Shown piece after piece: positions 38,684-46,019 of a DNA stretch of 46,019 nucleotides (positions within the stretch are counted from its first letter, which is position 1; each line of letters begins with the position of its first letter). The stretch covers positions 21,433 through 67,451 of the forward strand of contig JBMFSQ010000018.1 in assembly GCA_049967475.1 (NCBI GenBank), written 5' to 3'. This stretch comes from Chthonomonadales bacterium (GTDB taxonomy: Bacteria > Armatimonadota > Chthonomonadetes > Chthonomonadales > CAJBBX01). The notes beneath the pieces were generated by a model. The model worked only from the letters and a program-made list of their open reading frames with translations. It had not been told where the DNA came from and searched no databases. The translations under genes were made by a program, and so were the position numbers.

Positions 38684-39781
38684 TCAGCGTAGTGGTCGTC
38701 GGCGATCAAGAAGATCGCGATCCCTCCGGCACCGTTCCGCCTCCCATGGGCGATTTTGGGCGGTATAGAAGGCGATGAGGCGTTCATAGGCAGCAGACAA
38801 GGCTGCCTCGTCCCTCGCCGCCGTCAAGGCGTTGAGGAGTTCGCGCTCTTCGGCATCGCTCCTTCCCAGGCGCGCATAAGTTGCAGCCAGCTCCAGATGG
38901 AACCGGGCTTCTTCGGTATCCTCCGGCGATGTCACGGCGAGCCAGATTGGGTCGGCTGCTGCGTCCGGCCGCACCATCCCCAGGCGCTTTCTGATCTCTT
39001 TCTTTGCCTGCAAGGGAATGTATTCGTCCGGAGCATCCGGGCCCAGATCGTACCTGTCTGTGTGGGTGGCAAGGCACCGCAGGCATGCAAGTGTCCTGAG
39101 CCACTCGTCCAAAGCGGCATCCTCATCCGATCTGCGCGCCAGCGCCTCTGCCCGAAGATAGTGCACGTCCCCGAACCAGGGGACGGCTCCCTCGGCATCC
39201 TCAAGCCGACGCAGCGCTCCTGCCAAATCTCCTTGGGCTATTCCTGCAGCCGCCAGATGCAATATCGCCGCGGGTCCGGCAATATCCTTCTTCGCGAGGC
39301 GCTCGTTCAATTCCCGCTCGTTTTGGGGCACCGGTTCTCCAAGCAGGTGATCGGGGAGCCCTGCACGGCGCAGGATCAGCCGCCACTCGCTCACGGCTTC
39401 GTCCGGCGCCTCAGCCTCATTGTTCAACAGATAGAGGCCTACCAGAAGGCCCCACGCCAAAAATGTGTCGAACGACAAGGCAACCGGAAAGTAATAATCT
39501 TCCTCCCGATCCCACAGGAGCACCGGGCAAAGCGCAAGATCCCCCGTTGCCGGAACATAGAAGCCTGCAATCTCCCCGTCCCAAGTATCGGCAAAAGGAA
39601 GGAATTGGGGCAGCATGCCGGGCTCGCGCCCGTGGCCGCCCAGCAGCATCCCGAGAGGGTAGAACTCAACCGTACCCAGCTCAGCTCCGTCGGCGGTTGT
39701 GTATAGAGCCGCGAAGGACCTGGGGATCGGCGCCCCCCAAAACTCTTGCAGCCGCTCCATTGGTGTGTGCAAGGAAGCCAA
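38684..39781 (-). CDS. SMI1/KNR4 (SUKH)-like domain plus TPR-like helical protein
   Basis: LQEFWGAPIPRSFAALY...DG, FLPFADTWDGEIAGF, PVLLWDRE...VALSFDTFL; C-terminal TPR-like helices. Start is TTG 39781 or ATG 39760; the longer ORF to 40429 overlaps rqcH. Confidence 0.65.
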   Translation of the reverse strand: MASLHTPMERLQEFWGAPIPRSFAALYTTADGAELGTVEFYPLGMLLGGHGREPGMLPQFLPFADTWDGEIAGFYVPATGDLALCPVLLWDREEDYYFPVALSFDTFLAWGLLVGLYLLNNEAEAPDEAVSEWRLILRRAGLPDHLLGEPVPQNERELNERLAKKDIAGPAAILHLAAAGIAQGDLAGALRRLEDAEGAVPWFGDVHYLRAEALARRSDEDAALDEWLRTLACLRCLATHTDRYDLGPDAPDEYIPLQAKKEIRKRLGMVRPDAAADPIWLAVTSPEDTEEARFHLELAATYARLGRSDAEERELLNALTAARDEAALSAAYERLIAFYTAQNRPWEAERCRRDRDLLDRRRPLR

Positions 39782-39889
39782 TTTCCCCGATTGTCGTGCC
39801 CACGAGGGAGGGCCGCCTTCGGTTCGGCTACGGGCGGTTCGATTCCTCCCAGCGGGTACGGGCTGCGCCGGTCTGCTAGAATGAAAAGC

Positions 39890-41617
39890 ATGAGGATCCC
39901 GTTCGACAGCCTTTGCCTGCGGGCAGTGTGCCATGAAGCGGCGCCGGCTCTCATAGGAGGGATCGTGCAGCGTGTCGCACAGCCCTCGCGAGAGGATCTG
40001 ATTGTTACCGTATACCGGGCAGGGACATCCCACACATTGGCGCTTTCCTGCAACCCGGTGTGGGCTCGGATGTGCCTTTCGCGCATGCGCGCCCGGGCCC
40101 TTCCCGAACCCACGCCCTTCACCATGGTATGCCGCAAGCATCTGAGCGGCGCCCGCTTGTCGGACATCCGGCAGGTGGACTTCGACCGCATCGTGGAGAT
40201 TAGCCTGGAGGGTCCCGCAGGGAGCTTCCGCCTGATCGCCGAGTTCATGGGCCGGCACAGCAACATTGTCCTGACCGACGCCGCGGGCGTGATCTTGGAT
40301 GCCGCGCGGCGTGTACCGGCGGCTGTGAACCGCTATCGTACGGTGGGGCCGGGCGTCCCTTACAAGCCTCCGCCTGCCCGGCAAGGAGGCCTCGACCCCT
40401 TCCATGCGGCTCTCCCGGATGCCGTCCAAAGTGAGGAACCGGATGCAAACGACGTGGAAGCCGCGGCGGACCGCCTTCGGGCTGCATGGACCGGCTTGTC
40501 TCCATTCCTCGCCAGGGAGCTTGCGCTCCGCATTCGGCGAAGCGGCCTGCAGCGGGCTTGGCAGGAGGTTTTCGGCGCCGCATCAGAGGGTGCATGGTCG
40601 CCGGTCGTCATCCGCAACGATGCCGGTGAGCCTATCGGCGCGTACCCCATCGCCACACTTCAGGTTCCCGCCCACTGGCAGCACCCCCGAGGCACCTTTT
40701 GCGAAGCGCTGGAGGCCTATACATCTGCCGCCCTGGTCAGAGAAGAGGTGGAAGCAGCCCGCCGGAGCCTGGAGCACACGGTTCAGCGCGCGGTGGAGGC
40801 GCTGGAGCGCCGCATTGGGGAGCTGGACTGTGCGATTGCCCAGGAAGCGCACGCCGTCGAGTTGGAGCGGTTCGGGAACCTGCTTCTGGCGCACCCCCAT
40901 GCCGTTCCCGATGCGTCAGGCTGTGTAACCGTGCCGAACCTATATGAAGAGGAAACCCCGCCAATCAAGATCCCTGTGGATGTCTCCCTCACACCCGTCG
41001 AGAACGCCCGCGCGCTCTTCCATCGGAGCCGAAAGATGCGGGCGGCGGCGCGCATCGCGCGTACCCAGCTCCCTCAACTGCGCCATCAGCTCCAGAGCAT
41101 CCTCCCAATCGCGAGGGAAGTGGCGTCGGCGGCAACTCTGCCGGACCTTCGCCGCCTGGAAGGGGAACTCGGCGCTGCCGGGCTCCCTGTGCGGCAGCCG
41201 GCAATCCCGGTTGCAGAAGATCAGCCCGAGAGACCGGTCCATCGGCACATCCGCTCCATCGCTACGCCGGAGGGTTGGATCATTCTGATCGGCGAGAATG
41301 CAGAAGCCAATGACGTGCTGCTCCGCCGCATCGCCGCGCCGAACGACCTCTGGCTGCATGCGCGCGCGGTGGCCAGCGCCCACGCCGTCATCCGAACCGG
41401 CGGCCACCCCGAAAACGTGCCCCATGCGGTAATTCAGAGGGCCGCAGAGCTCGTTGCCCGCCGGAGCGCCGCCAAACATTCATCCATCGTGCCTGTGGAC
41501 TACACGTTGCGCAAGTTCGTTCGCAAGCCCAGGGGTTCTCCGCCTGGAGCCGTGGTCTACGAGCGCGAGAAGACGCTCCATGTGGCCCCTTTTGAGGACG
41601 GTACCCCGAACCCATAG
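39890..41617 (+). CDS. rqcH: Ribosome quality control protein RqcH/Rqc2 (FbpA/NFACT family)
   Basis: FDSL, F.MVCRKHLSGA, QVDFDRI, EFMGRHSNI, GENAEAND, LWLHAR...SAHAVI, VDYT...VRKPRG.PPG.V.Y. Confidence 0.92.
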   Translation: MRIPFDSLCLRAVCHEAAPALIGGIVQRVAQPSREDLIVTVYRAGTSHTLALSCNPVWARMCLSRMRARALPEPTPFTMVCRKHLSGARLSDIRQVDFDRIVEISLEGPAGSFRLIAEFMGRHSNIVLTDAAGVILDAARRVPAAVNRYRTVGPGVPYKPPPARQGGLDPFHAALPDAVQSEEPDANDVEAAADRLRAAWTGLSPFLARELALRIRRSGLQRAWQEVFGAASEGAWSPVVIRNDAGEPIGAYPIATLQVPAHWQHPRGTFCEALEAYTSAALVREEVEAARRSLEHTVQRAVEALERRIGELDCAIAQEAHAVELERFGNLLLAHPHAVPDASGCVTVPNLYEEETPPIKIPVDVSLTPVENARALFHRSRKMRAAARIARTQLPQLRHQLQSILPIAREVASAATLPDLRRLEGELGAAGLPVRQPAIPVAEDQPERPVHRHIRSIATPEGWIILIGENAEANDVLLRRIAAPNDLWLHARAVASAHAVIRTGGHPENVPHAVIQRAAELVARRSAAKHSSIVPVDYTLRKFVRKPRGSPPGAVVYEREKTLHVAPFEDGTPNP

Positions 41618-41628
41618 CGGCACCCGAT

Positions 41629-42408
41629 CTAGAGGCGGTCCAGCGTCATTCCGCCATCCACCAAGATGACGGTGCCTGTGGAGTACGAAAGATCGCCCCG
41701 CACGAGCATCGCCACAGCGCGCCCCACATCTTCCGGCGTCCCGAAGCGCCCCTGGGGCACGAGCCCCTCCTCCAGCAGCTTCTGGTACCGATCCTGCACC
41801 GGCCGCGTCATATCGGTAAGCACGATGCCGGGCCGCACCTCGTAGACGGGGATGCCGAAGGGCGCCAGCCGAACGGCCCATAGGCGTGTAGACATCGCCA
41901 ACCCGGCCTTCGATATGCAATACTCCCCGCGGTTCGTGGACACGACCGTGGCCGACACCGAGCCGATGTTCACGATGCATCCACGGAAGCCCTCTACCGT
42001 GTCCCGCTGGGCAATCATCCAGCGCGCTGCGGCCTGCGTAAGGAAATGCGGTCCCTGCAAATTGACGCGCATGAGGCGCTCGAAGCACTCCTCGGTGGCC
42101 TCCAGCAGGTCTGCCCGAACCAATGGGGCAGCCCCAGCATTGTTCACCAGCACGTCCAATCGGCCGTAGGCATCTTCCACGGCCTCCAAGAGGGCTGCGC
42201 GCTCTTCCCTGGAGGATATGTCCGACTGAATGTACTGGACCTCGACACCGGTCTTGCGCAGATCCTCAAGGACCCCATGCACTTCTGTGGGCTGGCGGAG
42301 GCCGCAAATGGCCAGATTGATCCCGTCGGCTGCGAGGGCTCGGGCGATACCGAGACCGATCCCCCGACTTCCCCCCGTGATCAGCGCCGATCGCCTGGGT
42401 ACGTTCAT
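41629..42408 (-). CDS. Short-chain dehydrogenase/reductase
   Basis: TGGSRGIG, NNAG, YCISK, PG motifs. Confidence 0.93.
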   Translation of the reverse strand: MNVPRRSALITGGSRGIGLGIARALAADGINLAICGLRQPTEVHGVLEDLRKTGVEVQYIQSDISSREERAALLEAVEDAYGRLDVLVNNAGAAPLVRADLLEATEECFERLMRVNLQGPHFLTQAAARWMIAQRDTVEGFRGCIVNIGSVSATVVSTNRGEYCISKAGLAMSTRLWAVRLAPFGIPVYEVRPGIVLTDMTRPVQDRYQKLLEEGLVPQGRFGTPEDVGRAVAMLVRGDLSYSTGTVILVDGGMTLDRL

Positions 42409-42427
42409 TTGCCGTCAACCTCCTCTT

Positions 42428-43834
42428 CTATGGAGAGGCAACACGGATAGATCCGAAGAAGCAAGGGAGAGGCGCCCCTTCCGCCAAACGCTGTATCAGC
42501 AGGGCCAGTTCGCGCACGTGGTAATCGCCCCACATGGAGGCTTCTCCGCATGGGATGCTGCGGCCTGGAGGAACGTAATCCCATCCCCTGGGCCGATGAT
42601 ATACGCAGTGCAGCAACAGCCCCTGGTGGTTTGGATCCTCGGCAAGGTAGGGAGCTTCCAGCAACGTGCGGGCGATGGCCAGGCCGGCTGCGACACACGC
42701 GGCGGCCGACGGTTCGGTTTGGCGCTCCTTCCCCCGGGATTGCAACCACAGCCCCAATCGCATCAACGCCTGGGCGGCGATGGCAGCGGCCGAGGCATCT
42801 ACCGGCTCCCAGTCATTGAACGGCTCGGCCGGACGGTTGAGATAGTCCCCCATCCTGGCCAGGCCGGGAGCGCCCGTGTCCCAATAGGGCACGCCATCGG
42901 CAGGGGTATTCTGCAGGTAATACGATGCGGTTGCCTGTGCGGCTCTCCGCATGAAGCCCACCACCTGGCCGCGGCCTCCGAAGCGCCCGAGATCTGCCTC
43001 GTCCAGCTCATCCAGATACTGCAGCAATTCGGCAAACCCAAGCATCACCCAAGCCAGCCCGCGCGTCCAGGTGGTGAACGGCGAATACCCCTGCTGCGTG
43101 GACGGACACCTGTAGGAACCATCTGCAGCATCGAAGAGGGCTTCATGCGCCACACGGCCCACCGCATCGTATACATCCCGCCCCTCTCCGTACGACACGA
43201 TGTATCGTGCCGTAGTTTGCGCGTGCAGGATCAGCCGTTCTAAAAGGGACACGCGGCGGTCCCCCTCCTCCATGAGGACGCCGCCCAGGCGGTGGGCCAG
43301 GCCAAGAACGCGCAGGGTACGCATCGTGTCCGCGAAGAGCGAATGCGGCCCGTTGAACGAATAGATAAAGCCTCCATCCGCGGCAGACGTCCAGCGTCGG
43401 GCCTGGGTAATGCCGCTCACTCGGATGGCGGTGTCGCAGAGCATACGCTCCAGTTCCGAGGCGGCGATGCGGCCCTCCTCCATCATCCGCCAAAGGTTCC
43501 CCCACGTGCTGATCGTATGGAAGCCGTGATCGTGCACTCCGGCGTGGGTCAGGTAGGGTACCATGTGCCGATAAGTGCCCTGGCGGCCCATGTGGAGGAA
43601 GGCGGCTTCTCCGGTGGCGTCGAACTGCAGGAGCATGGAGCCATACCGGAAGCCAAGCGTCCAATCCGTCCATTCCCGGCCCACGTAGCGCCCGGCCACG
43701 GTTACGACTGGAGCGCTGTCGCCCCGGGACCACGTGCCTTCTATGGAGCGGATCTTGCGCGCAGAGAGATCCCAGAGCCTCCGGATGGCAGGAAGGAGAT
43801 CCGCCGGTGTGGGATGGTCTTCGGGAACCAGCAT
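42428..43834 (-). CDS. Glycoside hydrolase family 88-like protein (unsaturated glucuronyl hydrolase-like)
   Basis: WTLGF, HDHGF, QQGYS..TTWTRGLAW, PYWD, DASAAAIAA, WGDY. Confidence 0.8.
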   Translation of the reverse strand: MLVPEDHPTPADLLPAIRRLWDLSARKIRSIEGTWSRGDSAPVVTVAGRYVGREWTDWTLGFRYGSMLLQFDATGEAAFLHMGRQGTYRHMVPYLTHAGVHDHGFHTISTWGNLWRMMEEGRIAASELERMLCDTAIRVSGITQARRWTSAADGGFIYSFNGPHSLFADTMRTLRVLGLAHRLGGVLMEEGDRRVSLLERLILHAQTTARYIVSYGEGRDVYDAVGRVAHEALFDAADGSYRCPSTQQGYSPFTTWTRGLAWVMLGFAELLQYLDELDEADLGRFGGRGQVVGFMRRAAQATASYYLQNTPADGVPYWDTGAPGLARMGDYLNRPAEPFNDWEPVDASAAAIAAQALMRLGLWLQSRGKERQTEPSAAACVAAGLAIARTLLEAPYLAEDPNHQGLLLHCVYHRPRGWDYVPPGRSIPCGEASMWGDYHVRELALLIQRLAEGAPLPCFFGSIRVASP

Positions 43835-44125
43835 CCTACCCTCTGTTCCGCCCGGATCGTGTGTGAGGTGGCCGCGCTGCCTAGCGAACCGGGCATGCAG
43901 CGTGATGCACCAGGCAATTCCACAGCGCCTCGCCCATTTCCTGCGACCCGTCGGCAGCCGAAGTTTGCCTTCCAGCCATTACGGGGTGAACATCGGCGGG
44001 GTACCTAAGGGATGAAGAGATGCAGCCCACCCACCGCGAAACGATTCTATAGGACGCACCGCATAGACCGCTGGGAACGCGACCACTCCGCTGCGCTTCC
44101 ATCCGCCTTCATGAACGGCTTGCGC

Positions 44126-45055
44126 CTAGCGCACCGTCCCGATGATGTCCCGCACACTCTGTGCGCCTTGTTCGCGCAAATACGTGCGGATGCCCTCCAC
44201 AATCTCCACAGGCGCTTTGGGGTTCACAAAGTTCACGGTTCCCACGGCCACAGCCCACGCCCCCGCGAGCAGGAATTCCACCGCATCAGAAGCGTTGCAG
44301 ATGCCGCCCATTCCGATGATCGGCAACGGCACAGCCTGGGCTACACGCCAAACCATGTAGAGCGCCAGCGGCTTGATGCACGGCCCCGAAAGCCCTCCGG
44401 TTCGGTTGGCCAGGCGGAAGCGGCGCGTGGCGGGGTTGATCGCCGTACCTACGAAGGTATTCACCAGTGAAAGGATGTCCGCTCCGCCGTCGGCCGCGGC
44501 TCGGGCAATCACCGTGATATCCGTTACATTGGGTGAGAGCTTCGCGATGAGGGGAAGGCGCGTGCGCTTGCGGACCGCGGAGATCACCTGCAGCGTCAGA
44601 TTTGGATCCACACCGAATTCCAAACCGCCGCACGCCTGATTGGGGCACGAGATGTTCACCTCCAGCGCCGAAACGCCCGGCACACCATCCAACCGTTCCG
44701 CGAGGACGGCGAAATCCTCCAGAGCATCGCCGGCAATATTCACAATGATCGCCGTGTCGAAGCGTCTAAGGTAGGGCAGCTTCTCGGAAAGAAACATTTC
44801 CAGCCCGGGGTTCTGCAATCCGATGGAGTTCAGAACGCCTGCCGCAGTCTCCACCATTCGCGGCATCGGATTGCCTGCCCGGGGCTTCACCGTTACAGCT
44901 TTCACCGTCACGCCGCCCAGAAGGCCAAGGTCGAAGAAATCCGCCCACTCCTCCCCAAAGCCGAAGGTTCCTGATGCCGTCAGTACCGGATTCTTCAGCT
45001 TCAGCGGACCCAGGGCCACACTCAAGTCCGGTTCCAAAGGATGCTCTCCAGCCAT
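44126..45055 (-). CDS. pyrD: Dihydroorotate dehydrogenase, family 1B catalytic subunit
   Basis: KNPVLTASGTFG, NSIGLQNPG, EVNISCPN, KLSPNVTDI, GGLSG. Confidence 0.96.
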   Translation of the reverse strand: MAGEHPLEPDLSVALGPLKLKNPVLTASGTFGFGEEWADFFDLGLLGGVTVKAVTVKPRAGNPMPRMVETAAGVLNSIGLQNPGLEMFLSEKLPYLRRFDTAIIVNIAGDALEDFAVLAERLDGVPGVSALEVNISCPNQACGGLEFGVDPNLTLQVISAVRKRTRLPLIAKLSPNVTDITVIARAAADGGADILSLVNTFVGTAINPATRRFRLANRTGGLSGPCIKPLALYMVWRVAQAVPLPIIGMGGICNASDAVEFLLAGAWAVAVGTVNFVNPKAPVEIVEGIRTYLREQGAQSVRDIIGTVR

Positions 45056-45871
45056 TCACGCGCCCCCCGACACATCGTCCCATAGGATCTGGCTGGCATC
45101 GAAAACAGGCCCCTCAAAGCACGATCGAGCGTAGCGGAAGCCCGGCGCCCCTGCGTCCCGGATCCTCACCACGCACCCCATGCATACCCCAAGGCCGCAA
45201 GGCATCATGGTCTCTACAGACACCCGGCACGGCACCCCCTGGCGAGCACACAAAGCGCTCACGGCCCTAAGCATCGCCGTCGGACCGCACGCATACACGT
45301 GGATAGGCCGGCCCGGTGCCTGGAGCAGCTCGGAAAGGATGTCCGTCACCACGCCCCTGCGCCCGGCAGACCCGTCTTCCGTCACCGGAATGTAATCCAA
45401 GGGCATGGCGGCGAATTCCCGGCCGGCCACAAGGAGCGAAGCAGTGCGAGCCCCGTTGATCACCACCGTGGGTACCATCCGGCAGATGCGGGCGGCCAGG
45501 ACCTGCAATGGGGGCGCACCCACCCCGCCTGCCACCAGAACATGCGTGCACTCAGGCCGGGGATCGGCCTCGAACCAGTTGCCCAGCGGCCCCACTATGG
45601 AGAGCTTTTCACCCGCCCGCTTGCGCCGGAGGCCCTGGGTAAACACCCCCCGAGCCAGATACACGATGGAGAACGTGCCGCGCTCCGGGTTGGGCTTATA
45701 AATGCTGAACGGCCTCCGCGTGAAGGGCCGGTACGTCTGATCGTAAAGAACCTGTACGAATTGCCCAGGGTGGGCCTCGGCTGCAATCTGCGGCGCATCC
45801 AGCGTAAGTTCGTATTCGAACTCGGCGAGCTGATCGTGCGCCAGGATGGGCGCCTCGAGTTGGTAACGCAT
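45056..45871 (-). CDS. pyrK: Dihydroorotate dehydrogenase electron transfer subunit
   Basis: PGQFV, RRPFSI, GPLGN, VAGGVG, ACGP, MPCGLGVCMGC...CFEGPVF. Confidence 0.95.
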   Translation of the reverse strand: MRYQLEAPILAHDQLAEFEYELTLDAPQIAAEAHPGQFVQVLYDQTYRPFTRRPFSIYKPNPERGTFSIVYLARGVFTQGLRRKRAGEKLSIVGPLGNWFEADPRPECTHVLVAGGVGAPPLQVLAARICRMVPTVVINGARTASLLVAGREFAAMPLDYIPVTEDGSAGRRGVVTDILSELLQAPGRPIHVYACGPTAMLRAVSALCARQGVPCRVSVETMMPCGLGVCMGCVVRIRDAGAPGFRYARSCFEGPVFDASQILWDDVSGGA

Positions 45872-45921
45872 GGGACACTCTTTGCGGACTGGGGAGGATA
45901 GCCGGCGGCCTTTGCAACAGG

Positions 45922-45950
45922 AGTGTACCCTGCCGGAAGTGCGCCGTCAA
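45922..45950 (-). promoter_or_regulatory. Sigma70 promoter for pyrK-pyrD
   Basis: Minus strand TTGACG-17 nt-TACACT, ~50 nt upstream of the pyrK ATG. Confidence 0.7.
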
Positions 45951-46018
45951 CCACAGGAGCCGTGCGGTACTGCTCCACGCACCGCAGCGAGCGCTTCCAA
46001 GAACATTGGCGCAAGCTC
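45947..46018 (-). CDS. Possible 3' end of an upstream gene cut by the window edge
   Basis: Open frame ...ELAPMFLEALAAVRGAVPHGSCG* ending in TGA at 45947-45949; too short to identify. Confidence 0.3.
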   Translation of the reverse strand, partial: ELAPMFLEALAAVRGAVPHGSCG

Positions 46019-46019
46019 T

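Noticed and set aside
39806..39850. GGTTCGATTCC (39836-39846) resembling a tRNA T-loop within a GGGAGG/CCTCCC hairpin
   Set aside because: I could not build an acceptor stem, D arm or anticodon arm around it. It is just an intergenic hairpin, not a tRNA or attachment site that I can support.
43835..44125. 290 bp gap between pyrD and the GH88-like gene with short ORFs and a TAGAAT on the minus strand
   Set aside because: No convincing coding signal, RNA motif or complete promoter.

Overview
This is a high-GC bacterial chromosomal window. The gene content is loosely suggestive of Armatimonadota or another Terrabacteria lineage; that is inference only. It mostly holds housekeeping genes: rpsB-tsf-pyrH-frr-uppS, recJ-rel-dtd, an ABC-F ATPase, sua5, mrp-nfo/moaD-moaE, rqcH and pyrK-pyrD, plus several carbohydrate-active and secreted proteins. 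The standout is a ~9.7 kb minus-strand block (19449-29178) encoding an apparently intact phage HEAD module. It carries a putative small terminase, large terminase, DUF935-type portal, a protease with a nested scaffold start, DUF2190-type cement, major capsid protein, adaptor, closure protein, a holin-like gene and three adhesin-like genes (one LamG). I see no tail tube, tape measure, sheath, baseplate, integrase, replication, repressor or endolysin genes. A DUF3467-like gene with its own sigma70 promoter and terminator splits the block. It is a candidate domesticated tail-less capsid or GTA-like system. A second oddity is an in-frame endonuclease IV-MoaD (C-terminal GG) fusion. All family calls come from motif recognition by eye; no database searches were run.
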